Positions 9,693-23,559 of a stretch of DNA of 62,123 bases are shown piece by piece; position 1 is the stretch's first letter; each line of letters starts with the position of its first letter. The DNA is from Escherichia coli. Lineage in GTDB: Bacteria; Pseudomonadota; Gammaproteobacteria; Enterobacterales; Enterobacteriaceae. Location: the NCBI RefSeq assembly GCF_003334815.1, contig NZ_QOWO01000026.1; one strand, given 5' to 3'. The notes under the pieces were generated by a model. That model ran no database searches and had not been told where the DNA came from. It saw only the letters and a list, made by a program, of their open reading frames with translations. The translations under genes and the position numbers were made by a program.

Positions 9693-12566
9693 ATGACACA
9701 GACGTTAAGCCAGCTTGAAAACAGCGGCGCTTTTATTGAACGCCATATCGGACCGGACGCCGCGCAACAGCAAGAAATGCTGAATGCCGTTGGTGCACAA
9801 TCGTTAAACGCGCTGACCGGCCAGATTGTGCCGAAAGATATTCAACTTGCGACACCACCGCAGGTTGGCGCACCGGCGACCGAATACGCCGCACTGGCAG
9901 AACTCAAGGCTATTGCCAGTCGCAATAAACGCTTCACGTCTTACATCGGCATGGGTTACACCGCCGTGCAGCTACCGCCGGTTATCCTGCGTAACATGCT
10001 GGAAAATCCGGGCTGGTATACCGCGTACACTCCGTATCAACCTGAAGTCTCCCAGGGCCGCCTTGAAGCACTGCTCAACTTCCAGCAGGTAACGCTGGAT
10101 TTGACTGGACTGGATATGGCCTCTGCTTCTCTTCTGGACGAGGCCACCGCTGCCGCCGAAGCAATGGCGATGGCGAAACGCGTCAGCAAACTGAAAAATG
10201 CCAACCGCTTCTTCGTGGCTTCCGATGTGCATCCGCAAACGCTGGATGTGGTCCGTACTCGTGCCGAAACCTTTGGTTTTGAAGTGATTGTCGATGACGC
10301 GCAAAAAGTGCTCGACCATCAGGACGTCTTCGGCGTGCTGTTACAGCAGGTAGGCACTACCGGTGAAATTCACGACTACACTGCGCTTATTAGCGAACTG
10401 AAATCACGCAAAATTGTGGTCAGCGTTGCCGCCGATATTATGGCGCTGGTGCTGTTAACTGCGCCGGGTAAACAGGGCGCGGATATTGTTTTTGGTTCGG
10501 CGCAACGCTTCGGCGTGCCGATGGGCTACGGTGGCCCACACGCGGCATTCTTTGCGGCGAAAGATGAATACAAACGCTCAATGCCGGGCCGTATTATCGG
10601 TGTATCGAAAGATGCAGCTGGCAATACCGCGCTGCGCATGGCGATGCAGACTCGCGAGCAACATATCCGCCGTGAGAAAGCGAACTCCAACATTTGTACT
10701 TCCCAGGTACTGCTGGCAAACATCGCCAGCCTGTATGCCGTTTATCACGGCCCGGTTGGCCTGAAACGTATCGCTAACCGCATTCACCGTCTGACCGATA
10801 TCCTGGCGGCGGGCCTGCAACAAAAAGGTCTGAAACTGCGCCATGCGCACTATTTCGACACCTTGTGTGTGGAAGTGGCCGACAAAGCGGGCGTACTGAC
10901 GCGTGCCGAAGCGGCTGAAATCAACCTGCGTAGCGATATTCTGAACGCGGTTGGGATCACCCTTGATGAAACAACCACGCGTGAAAACGTAATGCAGCTT
11001 TTCAACGTGCTGCTGGGCGATAACCACGGCCTGGACATCGACACGCTGGACAAAGACGTGGCTCACGACAGCCGCTCTATCCAGCCTGCGATGCTGCGCG
11101 ACGACGAAATCCTCACCCATCCGGTGTTTAATCGCTACCACAGCGAAACCGAAATGATGCGCTATATGCACTCGCTGGAGCGTAAAGATCTGGCGCTGAA
11201 TCAGGCGATGATCCCGCTGGGTTCCTGCACCATGAAACTGAACGCCGCCGCCGAGATGATCCCAATCACCTGGCCGGAATTTGCCGAACTGCACCCGTTC
11301 TGCCCGCCGGAGCAGGCCGAAGGTTATCAGCAGATGATTGCGCAGCTGGCTGACTGGCTGGTGAAACTGACCGGTTACGACGCCGTTTGTATGCAGCCGA
11401 ACTCTGGCGCACAGGGCGAATACGCGGGCCTGCTGGCGATTCGTCATTATCATGAAAGCCGCAACGAAGGGCATCGCGATATCTGCCTGATCCCGGCTTC
11501 TGCGCACGGAACTAACCCCGCTTCTGCACATATGGCAGGAATGCAGGTGGTGGTTGTGGCGTGTGATAAAAACGGCAACATCGATCTGACTGATCTGCGC
11601 GCGAAAGCGGAACAGGCGGGCGATAACCTCTCCTGTATCATGGTGACTTATCCTTCTACCCACGGCGTGTATGAAGAAACGATCCGTGAAGTGTGTGAAG
11701 TCGTGCATCAGTTCGGCGGTCAGGTTTACCTTGATGGCGCGAACATGAACGCCCAGGTTGGCATCACCTCGCCGGGCTTTATTGGTGCGGACGTTTCACA
11801 CCTTAACCTACATAAAACTTTCTGCATTCCGCACGGCGGTGGTGGTCCGGGTATGGGACCGATCGGCGTGAAAGCGCATTTGGCACCGTTTGTACCGGGT
11901 CATAGCGTGGTGCAAATCGAAGGCATGTTAACCCGTCAGGGCGCGGTTTCTGCGGCACCGTTCGGTAGCGCCTCTATCCTGCCAATCAGCTGGATGTACA
12001 TCCGCATGATGGGCGCAGAAGGGCTGAAAAAAGCAAGCCAGGTGGCAATCCTCAACGCCAACTATATTGCCAGCCGCCTGCAGGATGCCTTCCCGGTGCT
12101 GTATACCGGTCGCGACGGTCGCGTGGCGCACGAATGTATTCTCGATATTCGCCCGCTGAAAGAAGAAACCGGCATCAGCGAGCTGGATATTGCCAAGCGC
12201 CTGATCGACTACGGTTTCCACGCGCCGACGATGTCGTTCCCGGTGGCGGGTACGCTGATGGTTGAACCGACTGAATCTGAAAGCAAAGTGGAACTGGATC
12301 GCTTTATCGACGCGATGCTGGCTATCCGCGCAGAAATTGACCAGGTGAAAGCCGGTGTCTGGCCGCTGGAAGATAACCCGCTGGTGAACGCGCCGCACAT
12401 CCAGAGCGAACTGGTCGCCGAGTGGGCGCATCCGTACAGCCGTGAAGTTGCGGTATTCCCGGCAGGTGTGGCAGACAAATACTGGCCGACAGTGAAACGT
12501 CTGGATGATGTTTACGGCGACCGTAACCTGTTCTGCTCCTGCGTACCGATTAGCGAATACCAGTAA
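9693..12566 (+). CDS. gcvP: Glycine dehydrogenase (decarboxylating), P protein
   Basis: 957-aa PLP-dependent enzyme. Length and position match K-12 gcvP. Confidence 0.96.
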   Translation: MTQTLSQLENSGAFIERHIGPDAAQQQEMLNAVGAQSLNALTGQIVPKDIQLATPPQVGAPATEYAALAELKAIASRNKRFTSYIGMGYTAVQLPPVILRNMLENPGWYTAYTPYQPEVSQGRLEALLNFQQVTLDLTGLDMASASLLDEATAAAEAMAMAKRVSKLKNANRFFVASDVHPQTLDVVRTRAETFGFEVIVDDAQKVLDHQDVFGVLLQQVGTTGEIHDYTALISELKSRKIVVSVAADIMALVLLTAPGKQGADIVFGSAQRFGVPMGYGGPHAAFFAAKDEYKRSMPGRIIGVSKDAAGNTALRMAMQTREQHIRREKANSNICTSQVLLANIASLYAVYHGPVGLKRIANRIHRLTDILAAGLQQKGLKLRHAHYFDTLCVEVADKAGVLTRAEAAEINLRSDILNAVGITLDETTTRENVMQLFNVLLGDNHGLDIDTLDKDVAHDSRSIQPAMLRDDEILTHPVFNRYHSETEMMRYMHSLERKDLALNQAMIPLGSCTMKLNAAAEMIPITWPEFAELHPFCPPEQAEGYQQMIAQLADWLVKLTGYDAVCMQPNSGAQGEYAGLLAIRHYHESRNEGHRDICLIPASAHGTNPASAHMAGMQVVVVACDKNGNIDLTDLRAKAEQAGDNLSCIMVTYPSTHGVYEETIREVCEVVHQFGGQVYLDGANMNAQVGITSPGFIGADVSHLNLHKTFCIPHGGGGPGMGPIGVKAHLAPFVPGHSVVQIEGMLTRQGAVSAAPFGSASILPISWMYIRMMGAEGLKKASQVAILNANYIASRLQDAFPVLYTGRDGRVAHECILDIRPLKEETGISELDIAKRLIDYGFHAPTMSFPVAGTLMVEPTESESKVELDRFIDAMLAIRAEIDQVKAGVWPLEDNPLVNAPHIQSELVAEWAHPYSREVAVFPAGVADKYWPTVKRLDDVYGDRNLFCSCVPISEYQ

Positions 12567-12587
12567 TTCACTGATTCGACTATTTTC

Positions 12588-12611
12588 TAAAGGCGCTTCG
12601 GCGCCTTTTTA
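12588..12611 (+). terminator. Rho-independent terminator of gcvTHP
   Basis: aaaggcgc-ttcg-gcgccttttt forms a hairpin with a U-tail, 22 nt after the gcvP stop. Confidence 0.8.
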
Positions 12612-12639
12612 GTCAGATGACAAAGTACAAAAGTGCTCA

Positions 12640-12765
12640 GACAGTCCCCTCGCCCCTTTGGGGAGAGGGTTAGGGTGAGGGGAACAGGCCGGCACTGGCG
12701 CGAATATTTACCCTCACCCCGGCCCTCTCCCTGAAAGGGCGAGGGGGAAAAGCGTGCCAACATTG
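12640..12765. repeat. Large imperfect inverted-repeat extragenic element (same family as 9585-9665)
   Basis: Left arm cccctcgcccctttggggagagggttagggtgagggg. Right arm ccctcaccccggccctctccctgaaagggcgaggggg. The arms are about 37 nt with a spacer of about 30 nt. Confidence 0.6.
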
Positions 12766-12832
12766 AAGATTGAGCCAGTTTGTTAGCAATCTCAAAGATA
12801 CGTCAACGAATTAATTTTTCTCGGAAAAACAA

Positions 12833-13576
12833 ATGGCTATAGCACTTGTGACTGGTGGCAGTCGCGGCATCGGGCGGGCAACTGCATTACTGTTGGCGCA
12901 AGAAGGGTATACGGTGGCGGTTAATTATCAGCAAAACCTCCACGCGGCGCAGGAAGTGATGAACTTAATAACGCAAGCCGGTGGCAAAGCATTCGTGCTC
13001 CAGGCGGATATCAGCGACGAAAACCAGGTCGTTGCGATGTTTACAGCAATCGATCAGCACGATGAACCGCTAGCAGCGCTGGTCAATAACGCCGGGATCT
13101 TGTTTACCCAGTGCACCGTTGAAAACCTTACCGCAGAGCGAATCAACCGAGTACTTTCCACCAACGTGACGGGATATTTTCTCTGCTGCCGCGAGGCGGT
13201 AAAACGCATGGCGCTTAAAAATGGTGGCAGTGGCGGCGCTATCGTCAATGTCTCTTCGGTGGCCTCACGGTTGGGTTCGCCAGGGGAATATGTTGATTAC
13301 GCGGCATCGAAAGGGGCGATTGATACGTTAACCACCGGACTATCGCTGGAAGTCGCCGCGCAGGGGATCCGCGTTAACTGCGTGCGGCCAGGGTTTATTT
13401 ATACCGAAATGCACGCCAGCGGCGGCGAGCCTGGACGCGTCGATCGCGTTAAGTCGAACATCCCCATGCAGCGTGGTGGACAGGCAGAAGAGGTCGCGCA
13501 GGCCATTGTCTGGCTACTAAGTGATAAAGCCTCTTACGTCACGGGAAGTTTTATCGATTTGGCGGGCGGGAAATAA
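12833..13576 (+). CDS. ygfF: Short-chain dehydrogenase/reductase (NADP-dependent)
   Basis: 247 aa, with the TGGSRGIG Rossmann motif and the Y-x3-K catalytic motif (YAASK). Confidence 0.88.
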   Translation: MAIALVTGGSRGIGRATALLLAQEGYTVAVNYQQNLHAAQEVMNLITQAGGKAFVLQADISDENQVVAMFTAIDQHDEPLAALVNNAGILFTQCTVENLTAERINRVLSTNVTGYFLCCREAVKRMALKNGGSGGAIVNVSSVASRLGSPGEYVDYAASKGAIDTLTTGLSLEVAAQGIRVNCVRPGFIYTEMHASGGEPGRVDRVKSNIPMQRGGQAEEVAQAIVWLLSDKASYVTGSFIDLAGGK

Positions 13577-13632
13577 AACAGGGAAGTTGTCTGACCGGAT
13601 GCAACAAGTATTGCATCCGGTACTTCATCGAC

Positions 13633-15093
<1,461 letters not shown>

Positions 15094-15110
15094 TTACAGG
15101 AAATAGTACC

Positions 15111-15422
15111 ATGCAGCCAAACGACATCACTTTTTTTCAACGTTTCCAGGATGACATTCTGGCTGGGCGTAAAACCATCACCATCCGCGACGAGTCTGAA
15201 TCGCACTTCAAAACGGGTGATGTGCTTCGTGTCGGACGTTTTGAAGATGACGGTTATTTTTGCACGATTGAAGTCACCGCAACCTCAACCGTAACGCTGG
15301 ATACGCTGACTGAAAAACATGCAGAGCAGGAAAATATGACCCTGACTGAACTGAAAAAAGTCATTGCTGACATCTATCCCGGTCAGACACAATTTTATGT
15401 GATTGAATTTAAATGTCTTTAA
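15111..15422 (+). CDS. yqfB: ASCH-domain protein YqfB (N4-acetylcytidine amidohydrolase)
   Basis: 103-aa protein matching YqfB, in the K-12 position. Confidence 0.85.
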   Translation: MQPNDITFFQRFQDDILAGRKTITIRDESESHFKTGDVLRVGRFEDDGYFCTIEVTATSTVTLDTLTEKHAEQENMTLTELKKVIADIYPGQTQFYVIEFKCL

Positions 15423-15582
15423 ATTGAACTCACGCCTGTTAGTTGAAATTTCGCATTTAATTTCATGATTTTTAGGAGATTAGTCTCAAATCAGAATTTA
15501 TTTTAGCTAACAGGTGTTCACTGGAACTATTCTCAGTTACGCTGGAGAGGTATACATGTGCGTGTACGTTTCTCCGGAGTAA

Positions 15583-16245
<663 letters not shown>

Positions 16246-16254
16246 TGGGTATGC

Positions 16255-16435
16255 CTTTGTAGGCCTGATAAGACGCGCCAGCGTCGCATCAGGCATCGGA
16301 GCACAACTGCCGGATTCGGCGTGAACGCCTTATCCGATCTACGGGCCTCGTCCCTGTTGTGATAAAGGCATCAAATCCCAGACATGATAAGACGCGCCAG
16401 CGTCGCATCAGGCGATAAATGCCTGATGCGATAAA
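16255..16435. repeat. REP/BIME cluster (at least 3 REP units in alternating orientation)
   Basis: gcctgatgcgacgctggcgcgtcttatcaggcctac-type palindromes (copies at about 16276 and about 16384 on opposite strands) together with gccggattcggcgtgaacgccttatccg (a Y-type REP). Confidence 0.85.
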
Positions 16436-16440
16436 GAGAT

Positions 16441-17421
16441 TTACTCTTCGAGCGAATACGGCAGCGGCTCGATATGCAATGTATTCGCATCGTCGCGTAC
16501 GCGGAAGATGCTATCCGGTTCCATATCGTTATTCATGACGACCTGTACCACGACCTGACCATCTTCCAGTTTTACCGCAGCCAGTACCGTACCGGTACGA
16601 CGCCAGTTCTCGCCCATTTTCAGCTCTAAGTCTTCACCAGCTTCCGGCAGTCGGCTGGCGCTACCTGCCAGCAACCAGAGCGCACGTTTATTGGCACCAC
16701 GGAATTTTGCTCGCGCCACCATCTCTTGTCCGGTATAACAGCCTTTCTTAAAGCTGATACCGCCCAGCGCCTGGAGATTGGTCGCCTGTGGGATAAACTG
16801 CCCGCTGTTGGCGGCATCAATCACCGGGAAACCCGCTTCAATGTTTAATGCCAGCCACTGTTGGCTATTGTTCAGTTCCGCTTCACCGCGCAGTTTATCG
16901 GTCAGCATATTAGCAGTAGCTTCATCGGTTACGATCAGGAAACGTTCTGCCGGGTGTTCAAACCATAGCAAAGTGGTCGCGCCTTCTTTGACTACCTGTT
17001 TTTCTTTCGAAGGCAGTTCGCTAAAGAGATTTGCCAGCGCGGCGCGCGCCTGAAAACCGGCAACACCAAGCAGCACACGCTCGTCGTCTGGCGCGATGGT
17101 CACTTTAGAGAATACCGCATATTTTTTCAGTTCAGTCAGCTGCGGTTCACGCACGCTGCGCCGTTCAATCCATGCAAAGCCATCGCCGTCGCGGAACAGA
17201 CGTAAATTGCTCCACATTTTACCTTTGGCGTCGCAATGGGCGGCGAGCAGGTGCTGATCTTCTGCCATCTGGCTGACATCTGCTGTCACCTGACCCTGCA
17301 TATATTTTTCGCTGTCCGCGCCAGTAATGGTGGCAAGCGCCCAGTCATCAAGCGTCATCAGCGTCAGCGGTAAACGGGCAGAAGCCGTAGGCTGACGGGG
17401 AGGAAAAGGTGTAAAAGCCAT
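16441..17421 (-). CDS. ygfZ: Folate-binding tRNA-modifying protein YgfZ
   Basis: 326-aa protein of the GcvT-like fold. It is on the same strand as bglA, and its neighbours match K-12. Confidence 0.9.
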   Translation of the reverse strand: MAFTPFPPRQPTASARLPLTLMTLDDWALATITGADSEKYMQGQVTADVSQMAEDQHLLAAHCDAKGKMWSNLRLFRDGDGFAWIERRSVREPQLTELKKYAVFSKVTIAPDDERVLLGVAGFQARAALANLFSELPSKEKQVVKEGATTLLWFEHPAERFLIVTDEATANMLTDKLRGEAELNNSQQWLALNIEAGFPVIDAANSGQFIPQATNLQALGGISFKKGCYTGQEMVARAKFRGANKRALWLLAGSASRLPEAGEDLELKMGENWRRTGTVLAAVKLEDGQVVVQVVMNNDMEPDSIFRVRDDANTLHIEPLPYSLEE

Positions 17422-17651
17422 AATAGAGTCCTGAGTTGCTTAACGGCGTATTAATGACTAATGGTAAAAGAGCTATGAGGCAATGCAAGTGCTTTCACTA
17501 CGCGATCTGTGCCTTCTGCGAGGCGACTTCCAAAAAAATGAAGCCATTGAATTGTTGTGAATTAATTTCGCGATCGCGATGGTGTTTACTGATATTCCCG
17601 TAAAAGAAGGCGAAAAACACGTTACAATAGCCGGGTACTGGATTTTCGTGA

Positions 17652-18318
<667 letters not shown>

Positions 18319-18357
18319 AGATGACGGCAAAGCATATGCGCTAAGCCGTCAGTGAGA

Positions 18358-18879
18358 TCAGGCGTAATGCTCTGCCATTTCGTTGAGGATTTGCTCGCAC
18401 CAGCTCTGAATACGCTCGTCGCTAAGGTCATACTGGTTAGTTTCATCCAGCGCCAGACCCACGAACAGTTGCCCGTCAGCAATCACCGGTTTCGGGCTGG
18501 TAAATTCATATCCTTCCGTTGGCCAGTAGCCGACGAACTTCACGCCTTTGGTCGAGAGTTTGTCATGCAGCATACCGAGCGCATCGAGGAACCACTCGCC
18601 GTATCCCAGTTGATCGCCAAGCCCATACAGCGCAACAATTTTACCTTCAAGGTTCAGGTCGTCGAGCTGATCCCAGACGGCTTCCCAGTCTTCCTGGATT
18701 TCACCAAAATCCCAGGTCGGGATACCCAGAATGAGCACATCGTACTGCTCCATTAATTTCGGGGAGTCGTCCTTGAGGTTATGTAAGGTCACCAGTTCTG
18801 GGCCGATAATATCGCGGATTTTTTCTGCCGCCATTTCGGTGTAACAGGTGCTGGAACCGTAAAAAAGACCCATATTCAT
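18358..18879 (-). CDS. fldB: Flavodoxin 2
   Basis: 173-aa long-chain flavodoxin starting [15 protein letters not shown]. Confidence 0.92.
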
Positions 18880-18990
18880 AACGTAAGCTTCTCGATTCTG
18901 CTGTGGCTTTTGCGGCTAGTGTATCAGAATCGCTTTAGTCACGGCACAATAAGGCATAATGGATCAAATGAGTGACCATAAGGGGCGCAA

Positions 18991-19887
18991 GTGAAACAGG
19001 ATCTGGCACGCATCGAGCAGTTTCTTGATGCTCTGTGGCTGGAAAAAAATCTGGCTGAAAATACGTTGAACGCTTACCGTCGCGATCTGTCAATGATGGT
19101 GGAGTGGTTGCATCACCGCGGGTTGACGCTGGCGACGGCGCAAAGTGACGATTTGCAGGCATTACTGGCAGAACGGCTGGAGGGCGGGTATAAAGCCACC
19201 AGCTCAGCGCGTTTGCTGAGTGCAGTGCGCCGATTGTTCCAGTATCTTTATCGCGAAAAGTTTCGTGAAGACGATCCCAGTGCGCATCTCGCTTCACCGA
19301 AATTGCCCCAGCGTTTGCCAAAAGATTTAAGCGAAGCGCAGGTCGAACGTTTATTACAGGCACCATTAATCGATCAGCCACTGGAGCTACGCGATAAAGC
19401 CATGCTTGAAGTGTTGTATGCTACCGGGCTGCGTGTCTCTGAACTGGTCGGACTGACAATGAGTGATATCAGCCTGCGTCAGGGCGTGGTACGGGTCATT
19501 GGTAAAGGCAACAAAGAGCGTCTGGTGCCGTTAGGTGAAGAGGCGGTTTACTGGCTGGAAACCTATCTGGAACATGGGCGTCCGTGGCTGCTGAATGGTG
19601 TGTCAATTGACGTGTTGTTTCCCAGCCAGCGTGCGCAGCAGATGACGCGACAGACCTTCTGGCACCGTATTAAACATTATGCTGTGCTGGCGGGTATCGA
19701 CAGCGAAAAGCTGTCACCGCATGTGTTGCGTCACGCTTTTGCCACTCATTTATTAAATCATGGTGCGGATTTACGCGTGGTGCAGATGCTACTGGGCCAC
19801 AGCGATCTCTCCACCACGCAAATTTATACGCATGTCGCTACCGAGCGTCTGCGGCAACTTCATCAACAGCATCACCCGCGGGCGTGA
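18991..19887 (+). CDS. xerD: Site-specific tyrosine recombinase XerD
   Basis: 298 aa with R..HxxR..Y catalytic residues (HVLRHAFATHL ... IYTHV). Confidence 0.93.
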   Translation: MKQDLARIEQFLDALWLEKNLAENTLNAYRRDLSMMVEWLHHRGLTLATAQSDDLQALLAERLEGGYKATSSARLLSAVRRLFQYLYREKFREDDPSAHLASPKLPQRLPKDLSEAQVERLLQAPLIDQPLELRDKAMLEVLYATGLRVSELVGLTMSDISLRQGVVRVIGKGNKERLVPLGEEAVYWLETYLEHGRPWLLNGVSIDVLFPSQRAQQMTRQTFWHRIKHYAVLAGIDSEKLSPHVLRHAFATHLLNHGADLRVVQMLLGHSDLSTTQIYTHVATERLRQLHQQHHPRA

Positions 19888-19911
19888 TGTCTGAAAAGAA
19901 CGGGAAGATTT

Positions 19912-20622
19912 ATGAAGAAAGGTTTTATGTTGTTTACTTTGTTAGCGGCGTTTTCAGGCTTTGCTCAGGCTGATGACGCGGCAATTCAACAAACGTTAGC
20001 CAAAATGGGCATCAAAAGCAGCGATATTCAGCCCGCGCCTGTAGCTGGCATGAAGACAGTTCTGACTAACAGCGGCGTGTTGTACATCACCGATGATGGT
20101 AAACATATCATTCAGGGGCCAATGTATGACGTTAGTGGCACGGCTCCGGTCAATGTCACCAATAAGATGCTGTTAAAGCAGTTGAATGCGCTTGAAAAAG
20201 AGATGATCGTTTATAAAGCGCCGCAGGAAAAACACGTCATCACCGTGTTTACTGATATTACCTGTGGTTACTGCCACAAACTGCATGAGCAAATGGCAGA
20301 CTACAACGCGCTGGGGATCACCGTGCGTTATCTTGCTTTCCCGCGCCAGGGGCTGGACAGCGATGCAGAGAAAGAAATGAAAGCTATCTGGTGTGCGAAA
20401 GATAAAAACAAAGCGTTTGATGATGTGATGGCAGGTAAAAGCGTCGCACCAGCCAGTTGCGACGTGGATATTGCCGACCATTACGCACTTGGCGTCCAGC
20501 TTGGCGTTAGCGGTACTCCGGCAGTTGTGCTGAGCAATGGCACACTTGTTCCGGGTTACCAGCCGCCGAAAGAGATGAAAGAATTCCTCGACGAACACCA
20601 AAAAATGACCAGCGGTAAATAA
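19912..20622 (+). CDS. dsbC: Periplasmic thiol:disulfide interchange protein DsbC
   Basis: 236 aa with a signal peptide and the CGYC active site. Confidence 0.93.
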   Translation: MKKGFMLFTLLAAFSGFAQADDAAIQQTLAKMGIKSSDIQPAPVAGMKTVLTNSGVLYITDDGKHIIQGPMYDVSGTAPVNVTNKMLLKQLNALEKEMIVYKAPQEKHVITVFTDITCGYCHKLHEQMADYNALGITVRYLAFPRQGLDSDAEKEMKAIWCAKDKNKAFDDVMAGKSVAPASCDVDIADHYALGVQLGVSGTPAVVLSNGTLVPGYQPPKEMKEFLDEHQKMTSGK

Positions 20623-20627
20623 TTCGC

Positions 20628-22361
20628 GTGAAACAACAGATACAACTTCGTCGCCGTGAAGTCGATGAAACGGCAGACTTGCCCGCTGAATTGCCTCCCT
20701 TGCTGCGCCGTTTATACGCCAGCCGGGGAGTACGCAGTGCGCAAGAACTGGAACGCAGTGTTAAAGGTATGCTGCCCTGGCAGCAACTGAGCGGCGTCGA
20801 AAAGGCCGTTGAGATCCTTTACAACGCTTTTCGCGAAGGAACGCGGATTATTGTGGTCGGTGATTTCGACGCCGACGGCGCGACCAGCACGGCTCTAAGC
20901 GTGCTGGCGATGCGCTCGCTTGGTTGCAGCAATATCGACTACCTGGTACCAAACCGTTTCGAAGACGGTTACGGCTTAAGCCCGGAAGTGGTCGATCAGG
21001 CCCATGCCCGTGGCGCGCAGTTAATTGTCACGGTGGATAACGGTATTTCCTCCCATGCGGGGGTTGAGCACGCTCGCTCGTTGGGCATCCCGGTTATTGT
21101 TACCGATCACCATTTGCCAGGCGACACATTACCCGCAGCGGAAGCGATCATTAACCCTAACTTGCGCGACTGTAATTTCCCGTCGAAATCACTGGCAGGC
21201 GTGGGTGTGGCGTTTTATCTGATGCTGGCGCTGCGCACCTTTTTGCGCGATCAGGGCTGGTTTGATGAGCGTAACATCGCAATTCCTAACCTGGCAGAAC
21301 TGCTGGATCTGGTCGCGCTGGGGACAGTGGCGGACGTCGTGCCGCTGGACGCTAATAATCGCATTCTGACCTGGCAGGGGATGAGTCGCATCCGAGCCGG
21401 AAAGTGCCGTCCGGGGATTAAAGCGCTGCTTGAAGTGGCAAACCGTGATGCACAAAAACTCGCCGCCAGCGATTTAGGTTTTGCGCTGGGGCCACGTCTC
21501 AATGCTGCCGGACGACTGGACGATATGTCCGTCGGTGTGGCGCTGTTGTTGTGCGACAACATCGGCGAAGCGCGCGTGCTGGCAAATGAACTCGATGCGC
21601 TAAACCAGACGCGAAAAGAGATCGAACAAGGAATGCAAATTGAAGCCCTGACCCTGTGCGAGAAACTGGAGCGCAGCCGTGACACGCTACCCGGCGGGCT
21701 GGCAATGTATCACCCCGAATGGCATCAGGGCGTTGTCGGTATTCTGGCTTCGCGCATCAAAGAGCGTTTTCACCGTCCGGTTATCGCGTTTGCGCCAGCA
21801 GGTGACGGTACGCTGAAAGGTTCCGGTCGCTCCATTCAGGGGCTGCATATGCGTGATGCGCTGGAGCGATTAGACACACTCTACCCTGGCATGATGCTGA
21901 AGTTTGGCGGTCATGCGATGGCGGCGGGTTTGTCGCTGGAAGAGGATAAATTCAAACTCTTTCAACAACGGTTTGGCGAACTGGTTACTGAGTGGCTGGA
22001 CCCTTCGCTATTGCAAGGCGAAGTGGTATCAGACGGTCCGTTAAGCCCGGCCGAAATGACCATGGAAGTGGCGCAGCTGCTGCGCGATGCTGGCCCGTGG
22101 GGGCAGATGTTCCCGGAGCCGCTGTTTGACGGTCATTTCCGTCTGCTGCAACAGCGGCTGGTGGGCGAACGTCATTTGAAGGTGATGGTCGAACCGGTCG
22201 GCGGCGGTCCACTGCTGGATGGTATTGCTTTTAATGTCGATACCGCCCTCTGGCCGGATAACGGCGTGCGCGAAGTGCAACTGGCTTATAAGCTCGATAT
22301 CAACGAGTTTCGCGGCAACCGCAGCCTGCAAATTATCATCGACAATATCTGGCCAATTTAG
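20628..22361 (+). CDS. recJ: Single-stranded-DNA-specific exonuclease RecJ (GTG start)
   Basis: 577 aa with DHH/DHHA1 motifs (DHH at VTDHHLP). It starts 5 nt after the dsbC stop. Confidence 0.93.
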   Translation: MKQQIQLRRREVDETADLPAELPPLLRRLYASRGVRSAQELERSVKGMLPWQQLSGVEKAVEILYNAFREGTRIIVVGDFDADGATSTALSVLAMRSLGCSNIDYLVPNRFEDGYGLSPEVVDQAHARGAQLIVTVDNGISSHAGVEHARSLGIPVIVTDHHLPGDTLPAAEAIINPNLRDCNFPSKSLAGVGVAFYLMLALRTFLRDQGWFDERNIAIPNLAELLDLVALGTVADVVPLDANNRILTWQGMSRIRAGKCRPGIKALLEVANRDAQKLAASDLGFALGPRLNAAGRLDDMSVGVALLLCDNIGEARVLANELDALNQTRKEIEQGMQIEALTLCEKLERSRDTLPGGLAMYHPEWHQGVVGILASRIKERFHRPVIAFAPAGDGTLKGSGRSIQGLHMRDALERLDTLYPGMMLKFGGHAMAAGLSLEEDKFKLFQQRFGELVTEWLDPSLLQGEVVSDGPLSPAEMTMEVAQLLRDAGPWGQMFPEPLFDGHFRLLQQRLVGERHLKVMVEPVGGGPLLDGIAFNVDTALWPDNGVREVQLAYKLDINEFRGNRSLQIIIDNIWPI

Positions 22362-22451
22362 CGTCATCTTCTCTATAAAAAAGAGCGTGGATTGGGTACA
22401 ATCCCGCTCTTATCACCGCATTTTGACTAGCTCAATAAAAGAAATCAGACC

Positions 22452-23550
22452 ATGTTTGAAATTAATCCGGTAAATAATCGCATTCAGGACCTCACGGAAC
22501 GCTCCGACGTTCTTAGGGGGTATCTTTGACTACGACGCCAAGAAAGAGCGTCTGGAAGAAGTAAACGCCGAGCTGGAACAGCCGGATGTCTGGAACGAAC
22601 CCGAACGCGCACAGGCGCTGGGTAAAGAGCGTTCCTCCCTCGAAGCCGTTGTCGACACCCTCGACCAAATGAAACAGGGGCTGGAAGATGTTTCTGGTCT
22701 GCTGGAACTGGCTGTAGAAGCTGACGACGAAGAAACCTTTAACGAAGCCGTTGCTGAACTCGACGCCCTGGAAGAAAAACTGGCGCAGCTTGAGTTCCGC
22801 CGTATGTTCTCTGGCGAATATGACAGCGCCGACTGCTACCTCGATATTCAGGCGGGGTCTGGCGGTACGGAAGCACAGGACTGGGCGAGCATGCTTGAGC
22901 GTATGTATCTGCGCTGGGCAGAATCGCGTGGTTTCAAAACTGAAATCATCGAAGAGTCGGAAGGTGAAGTGGCGGGTATTAAATCCGTGACGATCAAAAT
23001 CTCCGGCGATTACGCTTACGGCTGGCTGCGTACAGAAACCGGCGTTCACCGCCTGGTGCGTAAAAGCCCGTTTGACTCCGGCGGTCGTCGCCACACGTCG
23101 TTCAGCTCCGCGTTTGTTTATCCGGAAGTTGATGATGATATTGATATCGAAATCAACCCGGCGGATCTGCGCATTGACGTTTATCGCGCGTCCGGCGCGG
23201 GCGGTCAGCACGTTAACCGTACCGAATCTGCGGTGCGTATTACCCACATCCCGACCGGGATCGTGACCCAGTGCCAGAACGACCGTTCCCAGCACAAGAA
23301 CAAAGATCAGGCCATGAAGCAGATGAAAGCGAAGCTTTATGAACTGGAGATGCAGAAGAAAAATGCCGAGAAACAGGCGATGGAAGATAACAAATCCGAC
23401 ATCGGCTGGGGCAGCCAGATTCGTTCTTATGTCCTTGATGACTCCCGCATTAAAGATCTGCGCACCGGGGTAGAAACCCGCAACACGCAGGCCGTGCTGG
23501 ACGGCAGCCTGGATCAATTTATCGAAGCAAGTTTGAAAGCAGGGTTATGA
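22452..23550 (+). CDS. prfB: Peptide chain release factor 2, made by a programmed +1 ribosomal frameshift. Frame 0 covers 22452-22526 (25 aa) and the +1 frame continues from 22528, giving 365 aa in total.
   Basis: ATG at 22452 ... CTT AGG GGG TAT CTT TGA C, with an in-frame UGA at 22527-22529. The +1 frame continues through the SPF and GGQ motifs (AGGQHVN) to the stop at 23550. Confidence 0.95.
22512..22530 (+). promoter_or_regulatory. prfB: prfB autoregulatory +1 frameshift site (internal SD-like AGGGGG, slippery CUU-U, UGA-C stop context)
   Basis: The exact canonical sequence cttagggggtatctttgac is present. Confidence 0.95.
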
Positions 23551-23559
23551 GGAACCAAC

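Noticed and set aside
10578-11708. 376-aa minus-strand ORF antisense to gcvP. Similar long antisense ORFs occur at 22513-23517 (opposite prfB), 23545-24960 (opposite lysS), 4254-4958 (opposite pepP) and 13723-14250 and 14422-14838 (opposite bglA).
   Set aside because: They lie entirely inside well-supported genes on the opposite strand. Their amino-acid composition is low-complexity and rich in R, H and Q, typical of antisense frames of GC3-rich genes. They have no RBS or start-codon context.
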